Source of the DNA: an uncultured bacterium
GTDB taxonomy: Bacteria; CSSED10-310; CAZUFC01
Length of the DNA stretch: 64,000 bases
NCBI GenBank assembly: GCA_964619725.1
Contig: CAZUFC010000007.1
Coordinates: 32,001-96,000, forward strand
Direction: 5' to 3'
In this document: piece after piece, positions 57,432 through 64,000 of the stretch
How the letters are laid out: each line of letters begins with the position of its first letter
Numbering within the stretch: the stretch's first letter is position 1
Made by a program: the position numbers and the translations under genes
Notes under the pieces: model-generated
Seen by the model: only the letters and a program-made list of their open reading frames with translations
What the model was told of the DNA's origin: nothing
Databases searched by the model: none

Positions 57432-58344
57432 AGAACTGGACATACTGAAAAAGAGCAGCATAGCAGATGACTCTCTTCAGAATTACGCGTTTCCTGATGC
57501 AAGCGCTGAGCAGGACGACAATCAGAAAAAAAATGAAAAACATAAAACGCAAGCTGTTCGGAAAGAATCCTGCGAGACTTCTGAAAATTCATCTGATGAT
57601 GAATCTTCAGTAATCAAATATTCTTCTGCTGACGAATGGATGAACCGCATCGAAGAAAAAATAGTGCATGTAATAACCGAGTCTGCTGAAAGAAAAGCGC
57701 AAGAGAAAATAGATCAAATGCTCAAGGAAGCACGAAGCAAAGTGGAAGAAATAGAACAGACGGCATATCGGCAAGGACTTGAGAAAGCCGAAAACTCCAT
57801 AGACCAGAGAATAAGCCAGGAAATGGCTGATATAATCTCCCGATTCGAAAAAGCCTTGCGAAATGCGGACGAACGACTGACTGAAATATACAACAAACTT
57901 AATGAACGATTGCTGCCTTTGTCGGTCGAAATAGCCGAAAAAATACTGCATGCGGAAATAACGATCAATCCCGGAATATTGGAAAAGACCCTGGGCGCCT
58001 TGCTGGAAGAATTCGAGAGAGCAGAAAAGGTAACCGTCAAAATGAACGGCTCTGATGCCGCTGTCTTGCAGGATTATATAGATAATCACAGGAACTCCGA
58101 TTCTTCATCAGCTAAAATAAAAATAGCAAAGGAGAGCGGCCTGGATCGGGGAGATTTTATTCTGGAATCGTCCATAGGTTCCATTGATGCAAAAATAAAA
58201 ACTCAATTAAATGAAATTGAACGGACGTTGAAACAAGCGGACATTTTCGATAACGAGAATATAGAAATGGAACAGGATGCAGAAAACCATGAAACCGCCG
58301 ACGAAGGTGAAACTCATGAAACATCGCAAGCTGAAGCAGCGTGA
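57421..58344 (+). CDS. fliH: Export protein FliH
   Basis: AYRQG, IAEKIL, GSIDAKIKTQL; between fliG and fliI. Confidence 0.88.
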   Translation: MSFKELDILKKSSIADDSLQNYAFPDASAEQDDNQKKNEKHKTQAVRKESCETSENSSDDESSVIKYSSADEWMNRIEEKIVHVITESAERKAQEKIDQMLKEARSKVEEIEQTAYRQGLEKAENSIDQRISQEMADIISRFEKALRNADERLTEIYNKLNERLLPLSVEIAEKILHAEITINPGILEKTLGALLEEFERAEKVTVKMNGSDAAVLQDYIDNHRNSDSSSAKIKIAKESGLDRGDFILESSIGSIDAKIKTQLNEIERTLKQADIFDNENIEMEQDAENHETADEGETHETSQAEAA

Positions 58345-59749
58345 TGCTGTGGCTGCCGGAACTCCGGCACAGGTTCAAAAAGCATCGGGAAGCGAGCTGC
58401 CGAAAAATGATAAGGCGCGCAGTTCGCGGGGAACTTGCAGAGGTTTATTATCCGAAGGGAAATTCAAGGCGCTGAACAACGTCAAAACGCACAAAAGGTA
58501 TGGTACGATTAAGAAAATAGTAGGATTGTATATAGAATCACAGGGTCCTGACTCTTCGATAGGCGATCTTTGCACGATATATGCGCATGGCGGAGGAAAG
58601 GAAATTCCCGGGCAGGTGGTAGGTTTTCAGGATAAATCAGTAATCGTGATGCCATTCGGCGATCCCGAAGGCATAAGACCTGGTGACAAGGTGGAAGAAT
58701 CGCCGGCTGAACAGACTTTTCCTGCGGGGGAGAAGCTTCTGGGACGTGTGCTTAATGCGCTAGGGCGCGCTATAGACGACAAACCGCTGACGGGTATAAA
58801 GGAGCGTATTGCAATCCAGCCCACGCCCGTGAATCCCATGGATAGAGAATTAATCTGCTGTTCGATGCCGACAGGCGTGAGAGCCATTGACGGAGCGATC
58901 ACGATCGGATGCGGTCAGAAGATAGGGATCATGGCCGGAAGCGGAGTAGGAAAAAGCACATTGCTGGGGATGATAGCAAAATACGCTGAGGCTGACGTGA
59001 ACGTGGTCGCGTTGATAGGGGAGCGCGGACGCGAAGTGCCCGAGTTCATCCATAATGTTTTGGGCGAGGAAGGTTTAAGGAAATCGGTGATCATTACAGC
59101 CACTTCGGACGAAGCCGCGCTTCTCCGCATAAGAGCGGCTTATGCGGCTACCGCCATAGCCGAATATTTCTGCAGAAAAAACAAAGACGTCATCCTCATC
59201 ATGGATTCTGTGACGCGTGTAGCCATGGCCCAGCGAGAAATTGGACTGGCTGTCGGCGAACCTCCTTCCGGCAAAGGTTATACTCCTTCTGTATACGCCA
59301 TGATGCCTCGCCTGCTCGAAAGATGCGGCAATTTCAAAAATCAGGGAAGCATTACCGGCATCTATACCGTCCTCGTAGAAAACGACGATATGAATGATAC
59401 TCTCGGAGATGCTCTCAGAGCCATCCTGGACGGTCATATAGTCCTTACCAGGAGCCTGGCTGAACGAAATCATTATCCGCCCATCGACGTCAACGCCAGC
59501 GTCAGCCGCGTCATGAAAGACGTCGTATGCGCTGAACACGTATCCTTGTCGAACAACATGAAAAGAATCCTCGCACGCTATTCCGAAGCGGAGGACCTGA
59601 TCCGGGTCGGCGCATATGCTGCCGGCAGCGATCCGGAAATCGATGAGGCCATTAAAAAAATAAAACCTATCAATGACTTCCTTAAACAAAAAGACAATGA
59701 AAGCGTCTCTTTCAATGATGCTCTACAGGAGTTGAAAAAAGTCATTTGA
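58277..59749 (+). CDS. fliI: Flagellar export ATPase
   Basis: AGSGVGKS, LIGERGREV, DSVTR, GEPP..GY, LDGHIVL; start uncertain. Confidence 0.96.
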   Translation: MQKTMKPPTKVKLMKHRKLKQRDAVAAGTPAQVQKASGSELPKNDKARSSRGTCRGLLSEGKFKALNNVKTHKRYGTIKKIVGLYIESQGPDSSIGDLCTIYAHGGGKEIPGQVVGFQDKSVIVMPFGDPEGIRPGDKVEESPAEQTFPAGEKLLGRVLNALGRAIDDKPLTGIKERIAIQPTPVNPMDRELICCSMPTGVRAIDGAITIGCGQKIGIMAGSGVGKSTLLGMIAKYAEADVNVVALIGERGREVPEFIHNVLGEEGLRKSVIITATSDEAALLRIRAAYAATAIAEYFCRKNKDVILIMDSVTRVAMAQREIGLAVGEPPSGKGYTPSVYAMMPRLLERCGNFKNQGSITGIYTVLVENDDMNDTLGDALRAILDGHIVLTRSLAERNHYPPIDVNASVSRVMKDVVCAEHVSLSNNMKRILARYSEAEDLIRVGAYAAGSDPEIDEAIKKIKPINDFLKQKDNESVSFNDALQELKKVI

Positions 59750-59759
59750 ATTCCATCCT

Positions 59760-60254
59760 ATGAAAGCGTTTAAATTCCAATATGAAACCATTCTCAGAAT
59801 CAATTCGCTCTTCGAAAAAATCAAAAGAAAAGAATTCGCCGTCGTCAACAGACAACTCATTATGAAAAAAAATCTTATCAATTCCATAGTGGATCAGCAA
59901 AAACAACTGGAACGCGAACTATACCAGAAAGAAGTGGAGGGCTTATCTCATCCCTACAGGTTGCTCTACCTGAATTACAGAAATGCCCTCAAGGCTTCTT
60001 TGCTCCGCCGGCGAAAAGAATTGGAACAATTGAACATCATCTGGAAAAATAAACAAAAAGAATTCCTCAAAGCAAAAAGAAAAAAAGAAGTGTTCGCCAG
60101 GCTCAAAGAACTTAAAAAGAAGGAACATCTTTACCTGGCAGATCGAGAAGAACAAAAAATATTGGATGACCTCAACCTTATCAGATTCAATAATAAAAGT
60201 TTTTCCGCAACTAAAACCCTGCATCCTGAATCGACCGAGTATGAAAACGAATAA
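59760..60254 (+). CDS. fliJ: Export protein FliJ
   Basis: MKAFKFQYETIL, coiled coil, EQKILDD; follows fliI. Confidence 0.85.
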   Translation: MKAFKFQYETILRINSLFEKIKRKEFAVVNRQLIMKKNLINSIVDQQKQLERELYQKEVEGLSHPYRLLYLNYRNALKASLLRRRKELEQLNIIWKNKQKEFLKAKRKKEVFARLKELKKKEHLYLADREEQKILDDLNLIRFNNKSFSATKTLHPESTEYENE

Positions 60255-60858
60255 AAATATAAAAAAATACACACTTTTCCTAAAAATATTTCGCTGCTTC
60301 CTCTCTCTCTCACTCTTCTCCTTTCTCTATCTCCTTTTCGGAATTCATATCCTGAGTACGCCCGCAGAAGAACCGAAAAAACCGGCCCACGGCGATCCTG
60401 ATTATGTTATTGAGGAACTCGATGATCTGTGCAGACAAGAATTCAAAGAAGTTTTTCGTTCCCTTGAAAATATGGAAAAAGACCTTAATGAACGTGAACA
60501 ACAGTTGAAAGCAAAAGAAATGCTGATTAATGAACTGGAATCCCAATTGTCGGAGCAACAAAACGCGCTGCAGAATATTAAATTTAAACTGGAAGACTTC
60601 CTGAATAAACGCAAATCAAAAAAAGCCTCTTATCAAAGATTAACCAAATTTTATGAAAGTATGAACTCTGAAAATGCTGCACAGACCCTTATCGAACTCC
60701 ACAAGCTGGACCATATCGCAGCTCTGGAAATTCTTTCCGGCCTGCAGAACAGAAAGTCCGGCGAAATAATGAATTTCATTGGTGAAACTGATCCCCAATT
60801 CGCCGCAGAATTAATGTCTCAACTTACAAAAAAATTGAATTGGGGAAATGAGGAATAA
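60166..60858 (+). CDS. MotE/YlxF-like protein
   Basis: TM, coiled coil, LTKFYESMNSENAA..KSGEIM; between fliJ and fliK; start probably 60241. Confidence 0.75.
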   Translation: MTSTLSDSIIKVFPQLKPCILNRPSMKTNKNIKKYTLFLKIFRCFLSLSLFSFLYLLFGIHILSTPAEEPKKPAHGDPDYVIEELDDLCRQEFKEVFRSLENMEKDLNEREQQLKAKEMLINELESQLSEQQNALQNIKFKLEDFLNKRKSKKASYQRLTKFYESMNSENAAQTLIELHKLDHIAALEILSGLQNRKSGEIMNFIGETDPQFAAELMSQLTKKLNWGNEE

Positions 60859-60861
60859 ATT

Positions 60862-63819
60862 ATGTCGTTTAAAAATAATTCAATGTGCATCAATAACGCA
60901 GAAGCCAAAGGCAGCAAAGCAAAAAATCATCTTCCCTCCTTCCTTAACTCATCGCAAAAATCCTCGCGCAATGCGTTCAAAACGGACCACAAATTCCTGA
61001 ATGCTTTTACTGACTGCCTGGCGAATATTTCAAACCGGTCAGCGATCAAATCGGAAACAAATGGAAACATGTTCGTTCAGAATAAATTGGAAGAACTGTA
61101 CTCATACATTCGAAATATGAGAGAAGAAAGATTCCAGAACGAAGAGAGGACTGGATTCAGTCAGCAATTATTGACCTTGCTGTCAACTCTCACTTCAGAA
61201 TTTGACGTCAGCACACTTCGGGCTTCAGATATACAGGATGAGGAAACTCTTCAACGAATTCTGCTGGAAACCGTTATTTCACAGATTATCGTAAATTGTC
61301 CGATTGAAAGCGACAAAACAGCATCGCAAAAGAATCAAAACCCGGGCATGCGTTTCCAGCTCCAGGAAAATGCAGAGTCATTAAAAAATCTGTTTCAGGC
61401 TGGAAATATCTCTATGGAAAAACCAGAAAGTAAAACATGGCTATTCACCCATTCCGGGTCGTCGGGGAAAACAGACCATCATCGGAGCTGGAACTTACCG
61501 GCTCATCTCAAGACCCTGAAATCGATCAATGAAGCTCTTCCATTACCTCAGAACATAAATATTAGACCGGCCCCCGTAAAAATATTAGACTCCCTTGTTC
61601 AATTCAAGCAAGAATCAGAGTTTCTCAGCCGGTCTGCTGAATCCCCGGCGAAATCAGGGAATGAATCCGGAAAAATGAAGCGCCTTGATATTTCAGCTTC
61701 ATACAGGAACAACAAAGCGCCGAACGAAAAAACAGGTTTAAGTGTAACAAAGCAAACCAGACAAAATGAAGCGCTGCAAGCCCGTTCTTTGCTTTTTAGC
61801 GAAAAATCAGCCGTGGATTTAACAAGTTTTTCTGACGGCGACATACCGGATCATTCGGTAAAACGAACAGAGCCCGAAAGGCAAACAGGACTGGAAAACA
61901 AAGTGTATTTGAGAAAACAGACCGGTTTACCCCAAGAAACGAACATGAAAGGGCGCAATGTATTTGGAAAAGAGACAGACCCGAAAAAACAAGCCGGCTT
62001 CGCTAAAGAACTGAACTTTCGAGAATTAAACGTCTTTACCGAAGAACAGGGTTTGGATGAGCGCTCGATAACCGACCGGCCGAATGGAAGTGCGGCCTCT
62101 CAGGGTACATCAAAACGAGCCCCTGCAATAAGCATGAGGAACGTACCCGCCGATTTTAAGGCATCTTCCTTCGATCATTCAAAAACGAATTTCGAAGCGC
62201 TTGAGAAACTCAACCAGGATATAGAACAAACAGGAGGCGAAATACGATCTGGAAAAACCCGGAGCTCATTGCGATTCATAAATTCTGATGAAACGGGACC
62301 TCTAACGATTAAAATGAATCTTGACGAATCAGGACGACTCAAAGCGGCCGTTGAAATTTCATCGAAAAGCGCGGGTAACGCTGTTAAAGAATGGTCCGAA
62401 AGCCTTCATCGCATTTTGTATGACCGGTCGTCTTATTCTGATCAGCGGAATCCAAAGGGGATGACCGTCAGCAGAGCCGATAACGCATCCATCCACTCAC
62501 CGTCCAATCAAACCTCAAGGTTCACAAATCAAAACAAAACGTCTGACTACGGATACGCTGAACAAAAGTCCGCTGCATTCAGTTCAAAACCTGAAAAATC
62601 GCCTTCGTTTTCGCCACCAAAGAGCAAGTTCAAGGCTGAACAAGAAAATCCAGTCCGTAACGTTGCAGGCGACAGTCATGCCGAACAAACGGATGCTAAA
62701 GCAGCTAAAAGACATCCGAAACCTGGAGCGTCCGGCGAAAAATTTGAATTCAGAAATAAAATCCTTAGCGAGAATACCTCTCATAATATTTCGAGCCAGG
62801 TATCAGACACGGAAACACCGCGCAGTCCCGCATCCGGCAGCGAGAAGGAAAGCGATTCATATCCGGGCATGAAAAAAACAGATGCAGATTCGGCGGGAAA
62901 AGGTAATACGGTCCCTGAACAAAAGGCCGACGGCCGCGAAGAAAAAGTAAATTCCCCTGTCGTTGAGAGAGCTGAAACTTCCGCACGACGGATTGCCCGT
63001 GACATAACTGCGGCTGCAGGGAATGAAGGCGACAATGCCGGAAAAGGAAACGGCATGGGAAACGACGACAGTCATTTGAATGACGGCTGGAGAGATCGAA
63101 ACCACGGCGAAAAATATGAGAAAACCGCTCCTTCATTGGAAACAGAGAAGAAGGTCGAAAAGTCCTCTGAGAATTCTAAAAGCTTCGAAATTCCGGCGAG
63201 TGGCGGCACGAATGAAAATAAGATCGTAATGGAGACTTCCGCCAGGACTGAATCGATCCACCCGGATACCCCAGCCGGCGTTGAAGTCAGGGAATCCTCT
63301 CAAAGTTTTCAGACTTTATACGGAAAAGAAGGAAAAAGCCTATACGGCGAAACGGAACTGAAGAATCTGTTGAATATGATATTCAAAAATGCTCGTTATC
63401 TGAAAAAGGGCGATGTTCATAATCTCCGCGTTCAATTGCATCCCCCCGAATTGGGCCGGATGTCCCTGCGCCTGATATACAGGGAATCAGGTTCCATGAC
63501 CATAAACATAAAAGTCGAAACAGAGGAGGCTGAGCAGAAACTTGAAAAGATGGTCCCTTCTCTCCTGGGTTCCCTGGATATTCGAAGCAAAAATACTGAG
63601 ATAAGAATAGATCATGTCGGCGAAAATTATGAATACTACGGAGAGATGGACGGTGACGGCAATGACGATGGTGAGGAAGCCGAAAAAGATGAATCCGGTT
63701 CATTCGATGAAGATGAATTTTTAACGGCAAATGATGAAAACGAAGGCGATTCGAAATTCAGCTCTGCACATCCCGCGAGCCGCAAAGGCGGAATTGATAA
63801 TTTACATGTTAAGGCTTAA
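60862..63819 (+). CDS. fliK: Hook-length control protein (985 aa)
   Basis: C-terminal LRVQLHPPELGRMSLRL; long low-complexity body; gene order. Confidence 0.82.
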   Translation: MSFKNNSMCINNAEAKGSKAKNHLPSFLNSSQKSSRNAFKTDHKFLNAFTDCLANISNRSAIKSETNGNMFVQNKLEELYSYIRNMREERFQNEERTGFSQQLLTLLSTLTSEFDVSTLRASDIQDEETLQRILLETVISQIIVNCPIESDKTASQKNQNPGMRFQLQENAESLKNLFQAGNISMEKPESKTWLFTHSGSSGKTDHHRSWNLPAHLKTLKSINEALPLPQNINIRPAPVKILDSLVQFKQESEFLSRSAESPAKSGNESGKMKRLDISASYRNNKAPNEKTGLSVTKQTRQNEALQARSLLFSEKSAVDLTSFSDGDIPDHSVKRTEPERQTGLENKVYLRKQTGLPQETNMKGRNVFGKETDPKKQAGFAKELNFRELNVFTEEQGLDERSITDRPNGSAASQGTSKRAPAISMRNVPADFKASSFDHSKTNFEALEKLNQDIEQTGGEIRSGKTRSSLRFINSDETGPLTIKMNLDESGRLKAAVEISSKSAGNAVKEWSESLHRILYDRSSYSDQRNPKGMTVSRADNASIHSPSNQTSRFTNQNKTSDYGYAEQKSAAFSSKPEKSPSFSPPKSKFKAEQENPVRNVAGDSHAEQTDAKAAKRHPKPGASGEKFEFRNKILSENTSHNISSQVSDTETPRSPASGSEKESDSYPGMKKTDADSAGKGNTVPEQKADGREEKVNSPVVERAETSARRIARDITAAAGNEGDNAGKGNGMGNDDSHLNDGWRDRNHGEKYEKTAPSLETEKKVEKSSENSKSFEIPASGGTNENKIVMETSARTESIHPDTPAGVEVRESSQSFQTLYGKEGKSLYGETELKNLLNMIFKNARYLKKGDVHNLRVQLHPPELGRMSLRLIYRESGSMTINIKVETEEAEQKLEKMVPSLLGSLDIRSKNTEIRIDHVGENYEYYGEMDGDGNDDGEEAEKDESGSFDEDEFLTANDENEGDSKFSSAHPASRKGGIDNLHVKA

Positions 63820-63879
63820 TAAAATGAAAAAAGGCAAGAATGTGGATAAATACTTCAATGAAAGGAGGTGAGGAAAGCA

Positions 63880-64000
63880 ATGGATTTAACTCCCTTAAAC
63901 GGCAGTAAATATTCCTATTCGAATTCTTCCGAGGATTATTCCGATCCCTGGGAAAACAACAGTTCATCGGGCGCTGACGGATACGGCAACGATTATAATA
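63880..64000 (+). CDS. Start of the next gene, probably flgD (truncated)
   Basis: AAGGAGGTGA RBS, ATG 63880, open to the window edge; identity from gene order only. Confidence 0.45.
   Translation, partial: MDLTPLNGSKYSYSNSSEDYSDPWENNSSSGADGYGNDYN

Overview
Bacterial genomic window from a diderm organism (FlgH/FlgI present), probably anaerobic. No rRNA, tRNA, CRISPR array, transposase or integrase is recognisable. Left to right: (1) a secreted FG-GAP propeller/PT-linker/CARDB-like protein on the minus strand, missed by the ORF track and truncated at the edge; (2) a PAS hybrid histidine kinase, aconitase, eukaryote-like citrate synthase and a hydantoinase/oxoprolinase A+B pair; (3) a very acidic membrane-anchored protein with a RomX-like C-terminus, a TPR lipoprotein and a CoA-activase-related gene; (4) a four-gene cluster of DedA, a DUF5685-like protein with a 14-Cys tail, an A24 prepilin-type peptidase and a radical SAM/SPASM enzyme, the best candidate for an undescribed system; (5) a flagellar locus (flgFGAHIJMNKL-fliW-csrA; flgBC-fliEFGHIJ-motE-fliK-[flgD]). 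The flagellar locus is split by a headless FleQ-like sigma54 activator, a repeat-flanked TPR/methyltransferase block and a ~14.7 kb glycosylation island, four of whose enzymes share a repeated accessory domain. Five sigma54 promoters, two sigma28 promoters and FleQ-box-like palindromes can be read from the DNA. All family calls come from motif recognition by eye, not database searches.
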